Positions 1 through 11,903 of a DNA stretch of 58,639 bases are shown in pieces. The notes below the pieces were generated by a model. It did no database searches and was not told the origin of the DNA. It worked only from the letters and a program-made list of their open reading frames with translations. Each line of letters starts with the position of its first letter. The stretch's first letter is position 1. This stretch comes from Picochlorum sp. SENEW3 (lineage: Eukaryota). The stretch spans positions 1,054,001-1,112,639 of the forward strand of contig CP120459.1 of NCBI GenBank assembly GCA_034226945.1, written 5' to 3'. The translations under genes and the position numbers were made by a program.

Positions 1-1536
<1,536 letters not shown>

Positions 1537-1591
1537 TTATGATCTGGCGATTCTACCATATGATACGCTGATGTATTTCATTTTTGAATAG

Positions 1592-2949
1592 ATGCAGAGA
1601 ATGAAGGTATCACACACCCACGACATTTGCTATCGACAGCTTTCCTTGTTGTCCACCAGGACTGCACCTGGACGACTGTTGGCTTGGAGTCCCTCACTCT
1701 CTGATACAAGGAGTGCGAGGGAGTGCTCCATTCAATCATGTGTGTGTAGAAGCACTCACAGGGACTCTTTGATTCCTGAGACGCTGAAGGAGCTCGAGGC
1801 TGACGAGGAGCTTGTTCAGCTTCACGACAATATAGCCAGGCGTGGACAGCGATCCCTCACGGAGGAAGAGGATGCTCTGCGCAGAAAAACATTGGAAAAT
1901 TTGGGAACGAAGCCATTCAAGGCAATGTGCGAGAAAGAGGGGGTCACGGCGCTGAGGAGAGGACGGGCCAACATCTTCCAGTTAAACATTGGACTTTACT
2001 GCAATCAAGCATGCAGGCATTGCCATGTCGAGAGTTCACCGAAGAGAACGGAAATGATGAGTCATCAGGTGGCAGAGCAATGCGTGTCGCTGATGGATGC
2101 GAGCGACGGGATTGAGACTGTTGACTTGACAGGAGGAGCACCAGAATTATGCCCAGAGTTCAGGTATCTTGTGAGAGAGGCAAGGGCTCGAGGTTTGGAA
2201 GTGATTGATAGATGTAATTTAACAGTGCTTTTGGAGCCAGGGCAAGAGACGTTGGCAGAATTTCTGGCGGAAAACAAGGTGAAAGTCGTTGCCTCGATGC
2301 CCTGTTATAGCAAAGAGAATGTGGACTCGCAGAGGGGAGGAGGGGTGTTTGGAAGGAGTATTAGGGGCTTGCAGATGCTGAACGCCGTTGGCTATGGAAT
2401 GCCTGGATCCGACCTGACTCTTGATTTGGTATACAACCCAGGTGGTGTTTTCTTAGCTCCGCCTGCGAGCTCACTCGAAGATGCGTACAAGCAAGAACTG
2501 AAAGAGGCGTATGGAATTTCCTTCAACAATCTGTTATGTTTGAACAACATGCCCATCAAGCGGTGGGCTGATGAGCTTGTGAAGAGGTATGTGAATGATA
2601 CATGTGTGTGGAAAAGTAGATGCGTTGTGATGCGTCCATGTTCTACGTCCGTAGGGGTGAGATGGAGGCATACATGGAATTGCTTGTGAATGCATTCAAT
2701 CCCAAGGCAGGGGAAGGGCTGATGTGCAGAAATACAGTTTCAGTTGGATGGGACGGGAGGGTGTTCGATTGTGATTTCAATCAACAGCTGGATCTTTCCA
2801 TCTCTGGCTCAGATATTAGGACAGTGTTTGATATGGAGAGCCTGGATGAGCTCACTGGGAGAGATATTACCGTTGCGTCACATTGCTACGGATGCACTGC
2901 TGGGAGTGGGTCAGGGTGCCAAGGTTCAACAGCAACAATAATAATATAA
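1592..2949 (+). CDS. Radical SAM / Cys-rich protein of the ArsS (arsenosugar biosynthesis, DUF3641) family; intron 2587-2654
   Basis: CNQACRHC (CxxxCxxC), DLTGGAPE, C-terminal DCDFNQ and HCYGCTAGSGSGCQG. A GT-AG intron joins ORFs 1592.. and 2620.. in frame. Confidence 0.85.
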
Positions 2950-2955
2950 TGTACA

Positions 2956-4420
2956 TTACAGCTTCTCTGGAGCATTGATCACACCAGTGAAGAGAGCCAG
3001 TCCAGTCTCATTGTGGATGACTGAAAAGTGGAAAGGTTTATCAAATTTGACAAAAAGCTCATTCATTGGTTGGATCATAGCCCGCATCATGACGATAGAC
3101 GTGACTGCGGCGGCTTCCGTTCCTTTCTCGTCCACTTTCACGTACACCTTCTGCCTCACGTCAGAGACAAACAAGTTGCCATCCTCGGTGAGCCTCTGGA
3201 AATCACCTGGCTTGAAAATAGGACCTAGTCCCTGGTGTAGCAATGCACCGCTCAGGCTGTTGTCCGATGTGACTTCAAAACGGGGCAGAAATATTTTAGC
3301 TTTTGTGTAGCCGCCGGGTCCGACGCGCTTCCATGGCAAGGCGTCATTCACATGGCGATCAGAGAGGACATGCTGCTGGCATGCCATCACCGCCTCCATG
3401 TAATCCATTCCGGAACTCAAGCGTAATCTCCCAGTTGACTTGGCCAAGTCTTCAGCAGGCATTGCAAAGACGGCATAGAATTTTCCACCCTTATAATTCA
3501 TGCGAACAGCCACGCATGGGACACCATTTGAGCCAGGCCCTGAGGTTGTGAACTCTGAACCTTGGATGGCAGGGCCCTTTTCATATTGCATGTACATCAT
3601 CGGGCTCTTGATTTCGCTGCCGTCGAGTTTATAAAATGGCAGAGGATTTGTCTCCAATTTATTGAATTGCTCTTCCCAGAAGCCTTTAAAATAAATGGCA
3701 TTGATGAGAATCAAAGAGGCATGTGATGCCGTCTCCTCGTCAATGATCTCAGTAATCTTGTCCTTTGTGGCTTTTGAAACCCACGAATTCACCTTTACAG
3801 CGTTCTCCAATGTTTGAATATCCGCATCATAGTCTGACCGCAGCGCCTGCTTGTAGCCCTCCACAAGCTTTGTTGCCTTACCAACCCAGGCAGAGTTTCC
3901 TTCGCAAAACTCCAAAAACCCATCCGATGCTGCATCTTGCAGCACCCGCGAGAGTCCATACATGGCTTTCTGAGCATCAGACTCGCCCTTGTATCCTTTA
4001 AACAGGACGTCCAACAACGCCGCGTGAGAAGCACTGCCAACTTTTGAACCAGGAACGAGCATGCTCAAAGCGTGAACCAAACCGTATGGGCTTAGTAGCC
4101 ATGCATCATTATTCTGCAACACAACCATGACCATATAATATGTAATATTATTGCCTCCCAACGTGATATCGTACCTTTGAGTTCTCTTGGTAAACCTTGT
4201 CTAAAACCTGTCTACCAAACGCGTTGATCGTTGGACCCAATCCGGACGACATATCCATCCAGAATGTGCTGTCAACACTTGGTTGATCCTTGTAATGGGT
4301 TTTCTTCACAAATGGACCACCTATCACGCACAGAAGAACCAAAACTCCGACAGCGTTTCGGTAGAATTTTGGTTTTGACGTTTTGTCAGACACGGTACTG
4401 CTATCAGGCCGAGCACTCAT
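2956..4420 (-). CDS. Serpin (serine protease inhibitor) with an N-terminal hydrophobic segment; intron 4174-4114
   Basis: LINAIYFKGFW, hinge VDEKGTEAAAVT, signature FDKPFHFSVIH...LFTG. Exon 1 corresponds to ORF 4148..4420. Confidence 0.9.
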
Positions 4421-4466
4421 GAATTCATCCTTTCTTTGAATTTATTCTGCTCCAATGAAAATGCAC

Positions 4467-5402
4467 CTACTCGGTATTTCTCTCGGATTGGCAGGCATCA
4501 ATGGCCTGCGCAGCAGATTTGACCAAGCCAAACAGTGATCGGATTTCCTGCGTGGTAGCTCTGCTCCGCATCAGCACATTTCTGAGATGTCCGAGGGGCT
4601 GCAGACGCCTTCCATGATTGCCTTGATCCCCACCTCCCCTGCTTTCCGTGGTATCCAGGCCTAAGTGAGACACCACCCTGGTGACTTGTGAGAGCAAGGC
4701 ATTCAGTTCTGAATGGTTTGCTAAATTTCTATCCAGGCAATCATCGGTAGCAGGATTTCCATCGTATAGATTCCACTCATACAAACGAGAAACGACAACT
4801 GCGACGGCATGGCTCAAATTTAGTGAGGGGAAATCAGCATTGCTGGGAATGTGGATTGCATGAGAGCAGGCCTGAATCTCCTCCTGGAATAAACCGTGTT
4901 CTTCCCTCCCAAACACGAGCATGATTGACGGAGTGGAATGTTTTTCAATTGATGTAGTGAGAGCGGTTGTGAGTGATCCATTTGAAGTCAGGAACGAGTG
5001 AAGACTTTCTGTCCTTCTCCCCACTCCGCTCCTACGAGTGAAACAGATCGATACCTTGGCCTGCCCCAAAGCATCACTCAATGTGTCTACAACATCCAAT
5101 GAGTCCAACAGGGGAGACTTGCAGGCGACTTTGTGGATAACATCGTCGTCAGACGAGGCAAGTCCTTCCTTTGAGCTACCTGGGAAAGAACACCGGGGAT
5201 TGACCAGGACAACTTTGCCGATACCAAAGTTACCCGATACACGTAACACTGACCCAATATTCTCTGGACTTTTGGGTGATACCAGAACTACCCCCACATT
5301 GCGCAGTTTTGAATTTGTTGTTGCTTGGCATATCCCTGCCTGACCACAGCGACCGACCCATCTGTTACGCGGTCTAATGAACTGAAAGTATAATTGAGAC
5401 AT
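4467..5402 (-). CDS. SPOUT tRNA/rRNA methyltransferase, TrmJ/LasT family
   Basis: VVLVSPKSPENIGSVLR, LVFGREEHGL and SLNLSHAV SPOUT motifs. Confidence 0.88.
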   Translation of the reverse strand: MSQLYFQFIRPRNRWVGRCGQAGICQATTNSKLRNVGVVLVSPKSPENIGSVLRVSGNFGIGKVVLVNPRCSFPGSSKEGLASSDDDVIHKVACKSPLLDSLDVVDTLSDALGQAKVSICFTRRSGVGRRTESLHSFLTSNGSLTTALTTSIEKHSTPSIMLVFGREEHGLFQEEIQACSHAIHIPSNADFPSLNLSHAVAVVVSRLYEWNLYDGNPATDDCLDRNLANHSELNALLSQVTRVVSHLGLDTTESRGGGDQGNHGRRLQPLGHLRNVLMRSRATTQEIRSLFGLVKSAAQAIDACQSERNTE

Positions 5403-5719
5403 AATGCATTTGCCTTTATTCTGCTTTGGGAAAGCAAAGCCATGCGGTCGTCCTGTCGTCCTTGATTAGAACTTTTCTGAGATGGGATCAGCATGCCATG
5501 ATGCAGCCAAACGCGTTTCACACGATTCGCTTTAGGTAGAGAGAAGTAGTCAGGAAAATAAAGAAAGATGTGGGATTTGAAAAAGATGGGTGATTGACGT
5601 GCGCAGTCTCGGCAGAAAGGGGCCTGTCAGTTGGAGAGCATCTTGGTGTTGGTTTCCTTCCTATCGGCAATATGGGGATTTTGATACATTAATTACAAGA
5701 TTAAAAGGTATTCAAGGCG

Positions 5720-6652
5720 ATGGCAAATACGAGTGTGACTAGGTCTGGCGGGATGAGCCCCATGACGCCTCGTCAAAGAAAATGCAGGACTCCGCAGATT
5801 GCTTTTGGAGCCGTGTTGGTCCTCGGTGCCATCATCGTTGGGATGAATTTCAGCCCTGATAAAGCTTTATTGCTGTTGGATTGGGTTTCAGAGCACAGGA
5901 AGGAGGGCTCGGCATTGTTTATGTTCGCGTACATTGCAGGGGTGGTCTTCATGTTGCCGGCCATGGTGATGTCCATGGCATCCGGGGCTATCTTTGGCAT
6001 GGTTGCTGGGACAGCCATGTCATGGTTTGGGAGCAGTGTGGGCCAAGTGATCGCATTTATTGCTGGGAGATATGTATTCAAAGATGCTGTGGTGTCGTAT
6101 TTGACAAAGCAGTTTCCGAAATGGACTGCTATTGATGCAGCAATGGCTAGAGAGGGCTGGAAACTCGTGACTTTGTTGAGGTTGTCTCCCATTGCACCGT
6201 GGAATATTTTGAACTATGCCCTTAGTGTGACGAGCGTTTCTTTCAGCACATACACACTTGCCTCGTCTGTATCCATTTTGCCATACCTGCTTTTGTTTGT
6301 GTATTTTGGATCCATGGCGAGGAATCTGGCTGATGTGTTCACGGGAGAGACCAATTTAGATTCAAAGGCGACTATAGTCATGGGGAGTGGCAGTGGCATT
6401 GCATTAGTGGGATTGGTGTGGTATGCAACCCATGTATCTCGAAAGGCGATGGGGGATGCTCTGAGAGAGCATGCAAATGATTTGCCCCATGAAATTACTC
6501 ATGACGACGACGTCGTTCAATTACTGGGTGGTCAGAATAGTAACGATTTAGAAAATGCTGATTTGGAAGAGGATGTTTCGTCTTTCTCCAGAGTACTCTA
6601 TGACAATGTTGCTGAGCAAAAGTCTGTGGAACTTGCGGAACGAAATTCATAA
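5720..6652 (+). CDS. TVP38/TMEM64 (SNARE-associated, VTT/DedA superfamily) membrane protein
   Basis: Multiple TM segments; LLRLSPIAPWNILNY motif; GAIFG...G.S.G...AFIAGRY pattern. Confidence 0.85.
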   Translation: MANTSVTRSGGMSPMTPRQRKCRTPQIAFGAVLVLGAIIVGMNFSPDKALLLLDWVSEHRKEGSALFMFAYIAGVVFMLPAMVMSMASGAIFGMVAGTAMSWFGSSVGQVIAFIAGRYVFKDAVVSYLTKQFPKWTAIDAAMAREGWKLVTLLRLSPIAPWNILNYALSVTSVSFSTYTLASSVSILPYLLLFVYFGSMARNLADVFTGETNLDSKATIVMGSGSGIALVGLVWYATHVSRKAMGDALREHANDLPHEITHDDDVVQLLGGQNSNDLENADLEEDVSSFSRVLYDNVAEQKSVELAERNS

Positions 6653-6696
6653 ATTCATGTTCACCAGTGTGTAAACAATATTCTATTACTTTTTGG

Positions 6697-8847
6697 TTAT
6701 GGAGCGATCAAATCTATTGCATAGCTTGACATGGTTGTGGGAGCAACTTGGAAAAGATTCTTCCACGTGTCCTTATCAGGTTTCCTGTTTTCTGGCAGCC
6801 CTGGCACAGCATCCTCGAATGTTGGGTATGCCTCCGTATCGTCTTCGAGATCGTACTCATCTAGACGATCTGGAACTGAGGACGTCATAATATCAGAAAG
6901 GTGTATACCTGACGAGCTGGCTTGGCTCCTGGCTCGTGACACAGCAAGGTCAATCTGACTCTGCATCATGCCAAGCTTTTCAAATGAGTCGGCGTGAGGG
7001 ATTCCCAGGGATTGCAAGTGAAGCCATGAAGGGATGTTATGAATACGTTTGCCATTTTTGTCGGGGTTGCTGTCAGGTTTCAGGCCTGCCTGTTTTGCTT
7101 TCTTTCTTCTGGCTTTGGCAGTCACTTGCCTGAGGCACTCATCCAAGGTCACTTCTATATCACAGTTTGTAGCAATGGCGGCCAATTTACGCCATGTCGC
7201 GCGTTGCCCTTCCCATTTAGCAAGCATGACATCATCTTTACTCAAGTTGATCACAGATTTTAGGGTAGACAGGGTGGTCACCGGGAGCACCATGGTCACA
7301 TCCCCCTCCCATGGCTGGCTCAGAAGCTTTAAAAGTTTTGAAGCCCCAAGCTTCCTCGGCATGAGCTCCATCAATTGCTGACATCTATGTTTGAATTCTT
7401 GCTCTATCAAAACACCGATTGTTCTGGGTACCGACTCCTTTGCGGCAATAATTGGTAAAAGATATGGATTGCATTGTGACACAAGGAAGTAATTGACATT
7501 GAACATTTCGCTCAAACCTCTCATTGGCAAATCTTCCTCTAGGGACCCATCCCTCCATCTTCTCTGCGATTCTCCTGCAGACTTGTTGGCAAATGGAGCC
7601 ACGCGGCCTTTGGAATCCCTCGCTAGCAGAGTCTGAGGTGCAAACAAAAAGGGGAATGCCGACGAGCATGCCACTGCAGACCACACGAGTACATTTGGGG
7701 CTGTCAGGTAATTGAGAAGACGAGGAGGTTCTGTTGTGTCAGCTGCAGAAACAGCAACATTCAGTGCTATACCGCTACGGGCATAAGCCTCCTCAAAGGT
7801 GTATTCTCCCAGCAGTTTCTGCAGACGATCTTGGAGCACACGATAATCTTGCAAAGTCCCTTTCAATAGCAAATGGCTCGCTATTTGCACAGCAGTATTG
7901 TAAGAATAGAAATCTATCCCTTTCAACGTCTCGTCGAGAGACGAGAACAATTCTTTTAATTCCGACCTGGTGCGAGTACCAACCAAAGCAACAACAATGG
8001 CACCAGCACTCGAACCAGACAGCACCCTGGGAAGAAGTGACGCGTCCAAGAGTGCTTTGATCACCCCCAAATGGAACGATCCGAAAGAACCTCCTCCAGA
8101 TAATACCAGCGCCGTCCTTCCAAACGCATGCCTTGTCTCCCGAAGAAAAGCCAGTCTCTCCTCCACTGGAACACTTGCAGCACTGGAAATGTCCCTTAAA
8201 CAATACTTCACTTGCAAAATATATTCTTGAATAGGCCTTGGAACCGACGATAAGCGGCAATGTAACGATGCGTCCGCAATATTACCCATATTACGAATTA
8301 AATCAGCCCTCACAACAAACATGAGTTCGTATGGATCACCCCTCTCCCTAATTCTCCTCAGATATTCAACCCGGCCTTGAATCAGATCTATGTCATATAG
8401 CTGATTCTGTAGTTTTTCTACCGCCGCTATCCGCTTCTCGTCCACTTTTTCGAGCGCGGATGCACACCTTTTCCAGTCTTCGTACGTTTCTGCCTCCATC
8501 ATTTTCTGCCGCAGCAAACGCCTCCTTCCACGTCTTCCGGACTTTGAATCCAAGTACACCCGTACCAAGAAATGCACGGACACTCCACCCAGAAATAACC
8601 CCATGACTGCGTGCCAGTGCTTCAAGGCCACGCCCAATTTGACACGAGGTCCCACCAGAGACAGAGGCTTGTTCAACCAGGCCACGCAGTCCAATAGCCG
8701 CCTCAGCAGCTCGGACGCCAGCGACTGAACTCTTCTACCCATCAATAGATGAAATGCAATCATATTTCTACCGTGACGAGACATCAAGGTCGCCAAACCC
8801 CCGGTGCCACGTCCCGACCCAACGGAAGGGTTTGCTCCGTATGCCAT
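6697..8847 (-). CDS. SDP1: Patatin-like triacylglycerol lipase (SDP1/TGL4 family)
   Basis: FGRTALVLSGGGSFG oxyanion motif, GSSAG nucleophile, WRDGSLEEDLP, PRLLNYLTAPNV. Confidence 0.9.
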   Translation of the reverse strand: MAYGANPSVGSGRGTGGLATLMSRHGRNMIAFHLLMGRRVQSLASELLRRLLDCVAWLNKPLSLVGPRVKLGVALKHWHAVMGLFLGGVSVHFLVRVYLDSKSGRRGRRRLLRQKMMEAETYEDWKRCASALEKVDEKRIAAVEKLQNQLYDIDLIQGRVEYLRRIRERGDPYELMFVVRADLIRNMGNIADASLHCRLSSVPRPIQEYILQVKYCLRDISSAASVPVEERLAFLRETRHAFGRTALVLSGGGSFGSFHLGVIKALLDASLLPRVLSGSSAGAIVVALVGTRTRSELKELFSSLDETLKGIDFYSYNTAVQIASHLLLKGTLQDYRVLQDRLQKLLGEYTFEEAYARSGIALNVAVSAADTTEPPRLLNYLTAPNVLVWSAVACSSAFPFLFAPQTLLARDSKGRVAPFANKSAGESQRRWRDGSLEEDLPMRGLSEMFNVNYFLVSQCNPYLLPIIAAKESVPRTIGVLIEQEFKHRCQQLMELMPRKLGASKLLKLLSQPWEGDVTMVLPVTTLSTLKSVINLSKDDVMLAKWEGQRATWRKLAAIATNCDIEVTLDECLRQVTAKARRKKAKQAGLKPDSNPDKNGKRIHNIPSWLHLQSLGIPHADSFEKLGMMQSQIDLAVSRARSQASSSGIHLSDIMTSSVPDRLDEYDLEDDTEAYPTFEDAVPGLPENRKPDKDTWKNLFQVAPTTMSSYAIDLIAP

Positions 8848-9204
8848 CTACGCAACGCTGTTTTGCAAATTGCCATACATGGCAACCACTAAAACTCTAC
8901 TAGTGTCATATAATCAAATCAAACGCATACATTATGGGTTGGGTTTGCTGCAGGCTCTTTTGATACACCTCAAGGTACAAGCTTGTATTCATATCAAGAG
9001 AAATCTTACATCAGCAAACATGTGTGTGTGACACGGCATGCCATGATTCGATTGATACTCGAGTTCAGGAGTTTGTTCAAGTTGCTAATGATGAAGAGGC
9101 AAAGAATATGACATCATTGTTGTCATTTTTACAGTACATCAAATCTCATGCGTGAGAAATTGTTTTTCAAAATGTGCCATGGCATAATACCTTGTGTGGT
9201 GCAT

Positions 9205-10119
9205 CTAAGCCTTCTGGGCAAGACCGTACGTGATCAACAATGGATCGTGTTGGAAGTTATGAGCGATTTCCTTGTCCAATGGTAACAGATGAACTTCATT
9301 GACGATCAAATCGGTGCAGGCAGAGCCCTTAGGATGAACAGCCACGGAGTAGTCCACTCTGCCCTTTGGCATGCCCTTGGCATCCAAGGAGGACCTGCGT
9401 GGCGCCTCAGTCTCTGGGTATACATGAACAGAAGCTGACCACTCGCTGTCCTCCAATGGCGTGGCCCTCAATGGTTCACTATTCGTATTCCAGCATCCAG
9501 CAATCAGTGCAGGAGACCCATCATTCACGCACACATTTGCCACGTGTCCAATGAACTCCTTCGCCATGGATGTCTTCACAGCAGTCTGAATAGGATGTCC
9601 CTCGCCATTGGAATGTACAATTTTCTTCCCGTGGTACGAAAGGAGGAAGAACTTGCGACCCTCCGCCACCTGAAGAACGGCACCAGCCCACCTGCCATCG
9701 AAAGAAGACAATTGCTGCTTGATATCCGCGTGCATTCCAGCCAAAAGGTGCTCAGAGTCGTAGAACTTGCCAATAGAGTGCCTTTCCATATCCTTCTCTG
9801 TGTATACGGAAGTATCATACAGGACCACGGCATCGCGCTTGTCATCCCCAAGGTCCACATCCTGATTTCCCCACTGACGAACGGCCTTCCAAGTGTCAGA
9901 TCCATGAGCCTTGTTAATATCGGCAAGCAATTCGGCCAAGCATCGCTCCGTATTCCACTCATAATCCTGCAAGCAGATGGCAGTCGGCTCATGGTTGCCG
10001 GCCTTGGCGCACGTGAACGCATCCACGATAGCTTTATGCTCGTCAGCACGAGTAGTATTAGGATTGGTGCCAAAACTGAGGCAATTCAGGCATAAAATAG
10101 AACCAGAGTGCTGTGCCAT
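9205..10119 (-). CDS. Hypothetical protein resembling a degenerate endonuclease/exonuclease/phosphatase (EEP, DNase I-like) fold
   Basis: Intronless 304-aa ORF from ATG 10119. Motifs LCLN, ICLQD, YHG, LIAGCWN, RVDY and HDPL occur in the order of EEP motifs N, QE, H, GDxN, IDY and SDH. Confidence 0.55.
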   Translation of the reverse strand: MAQHSGSILCLNCLSFGTNPNTTRADEHKAIVDAFTCAKAGNHEPTAICLQDYEWNTERCLAELLADINKAHGSDTWKAVRQWGNQDVDLGDDKRDAVVLYDTSVYTEKDMERHSIGKFYDSEHLLAGMHADIKQQLSSFDGRWAGAVLQVAEGRKFFLLSYHGKKIVHSNGEGHPIQTAVKTSMAKEFIGHVANVCVNDGSPALIAGCWNTNSEPLRATPLEDSEWSASVHVYPETEAPRRSSLDAKGMPKGRVDYSVAVHPKGSACTDLIVNEVHLLPLDKEIAHNFQHDPLLITYGLAQKA

Positions 10120-10457
10120 GGTGTCGTTGATCCTGATGGGTGGTGTCCAGCCGATCGCTCTGTGTTCAAGTATACCGCAAAGATGGGTAGATGGGTTCAA
10201 CAGTAATCTACAGGCACAATGTAGTATAATTTTATCTTGAGAAGGTCGTCGTCAATCATGACACTGCCTATAGCGTCATCAGCGTCTCGGGAGAGAAGAT
10301 ACAACCAAGATACCGGTCACGCCGAGCCTTGGATAGGATACCTCTCCCTCAGTTGCTAGGGGCAACCTTCACGTGAACATCAATATGTGGCTCCAAGGGT
10401 CCTGCCCATATTTCAAAAAAAATTCAGTTTTCTTTCATCGAACGAATTTGTATCACA

Positions 10458-11242
10458 ATGTTGACTACAGCAACTATTCAGAAGCCATGTGCTTCTCAGG
10501 TGGCAGCCCTTCGCGCTGCCCCAAAGGCTCCTCGTGCCACTGCCCGCATGTCCGTGCGTGCTGCATCTGCAGCAGTTGACGATGTCCCATCCCCAGAAAA
10601 GCGTGGTATCATGAATTTGTTGCTCCTTGGAGCCATTGGTGCACCAGTACGTTGATGGATATTAGAGTGTCTTTGCGATAAGGTTACCCGATGTTGGCTG
10701 GCTGGCTGGGCGAGAGAACGACTGCCACGGCTGGCACAGACCCCGTTGGAGGTTGAATAATACAATTAATATAAACTCTCATGTGTGTGCAGGCTGCTGG
10801 TATGGCTGGACCATTTGCCCTGTTCTTCGTGCCAAAGAGCTCTGGAGGAGGTGCTGGTGGACAGACCGCCAAGGATGCCTTGGGTAACGATATCAAGGAG
10901 TCCGAGTGGGTCAAGACCCATCAGCCAGGAGACCGCTCTTTGGCTCAGGGACTCAAGGGTGACGCCACCTACTTGGTCGTCACCGGCGAGGGAAAGCTTG
11001 AAAAGTACGGAATCAATGCCGTGTGCACCCATTTGGGATGCGTCGTGCCATGGAACGCCGCAGAGAACAAGTTCATGTGCCCTTGCCACGGATCTCAGTA
11101 CAACAACGAAGGAAAGGTTGTCCGTGGACCAGCCCCATTGTCTCTTGCCTTGGCTCACTGCGACGTTAATGACGACCTTGTCACATTCTCTCCATGGACC
11201 GAAACTGATTTCCGTACCGGAACTGCACCATGGTGGAAATAA
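10458..11242 (+). CDS. petC: Cytochrome b6f Rieske iron-sulfur subunit with chloroplast transit peptide; intron 10647-10792
   Basis: CTHLGC and CPCHGS boxes, [17 protein letters not shown]; Ala/Arg-rich N-terminal transit peptide. Confidence 0.97.
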
Positions 11243-11336
11243 GCCATCGGTATCTTGTTTTATTCATGTAACACAGAAAACGTAGCAGGAATTTATTCAT
11301 AAGACAGCAAGGCCCTCCTATATGAACACATATGAC

Positions 11337-11672
11337 TCATGAGACTCGCAGCTCCCCTGAGGGACTCTTCTCATGCGCGATACTCCTTTCTTTTACTTGT
11401 TTTGCTAATTTTGTATTCTCGTCCAGTATCTCTTTCAGTAAGCTCTTTTTCTCCTCTGTTTCCTCGTGAAGACGGGCTGACCTTTCCACCAGACTCGTTG
11501 CCCTTCTCTCCAACGCGTGCACTCGGTGCACTAAGGAATATGTGGTCGGGTTTCCCGCAGCTATTGTATTTCTACATCCTTCAACACCCTGATACGCGAC
11601 CTCTAACGAAGACAGGAAGGCTTGAACCCCCGATTGCGTTGAACTCTTGTTGTTACTCTCAACGACCACCAT
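11337..11672 (-). CDS. Small coiled-coil hypothetical protein (weak resemblance to SKA2)
   Basis: ORF from ATG 11672 with a heptad-like segment after NP (LVHRVHALERR...LDENTKLAKQ). Exon structure uncertain. Confidence 0.4.
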   Translation of the reverse strand: MVVVESNNKSSTQSGVQAFLSSLEVAYQGVEGCRNTIAAGNPTTYSLVHRVHALERRATSLVERSARLHEETEEKKSLLKEILDENTKLAKQVKERSIAHEKSPSGELRVS

Positions 11673-11903
11673 TGCAGGTCTCTGCCCAACCAAAGGCCTG
11701 CGTCTGTGACAATGAATACTCTCCGTTATCTTTCAAGTCTGCTACAAGGCATGCGCATGCACATGAATCAGACCGGATACACTGTTTTCATTGAATGAAA
11801 TCTTGTCAATTTCGAAATCCGGCATTCGCCTATTCCATCCATCCCAAGAAGAGCGCAACACAATAATAATTTACATTCAGAGCATATCATTAATTGACTT
11901 ACT

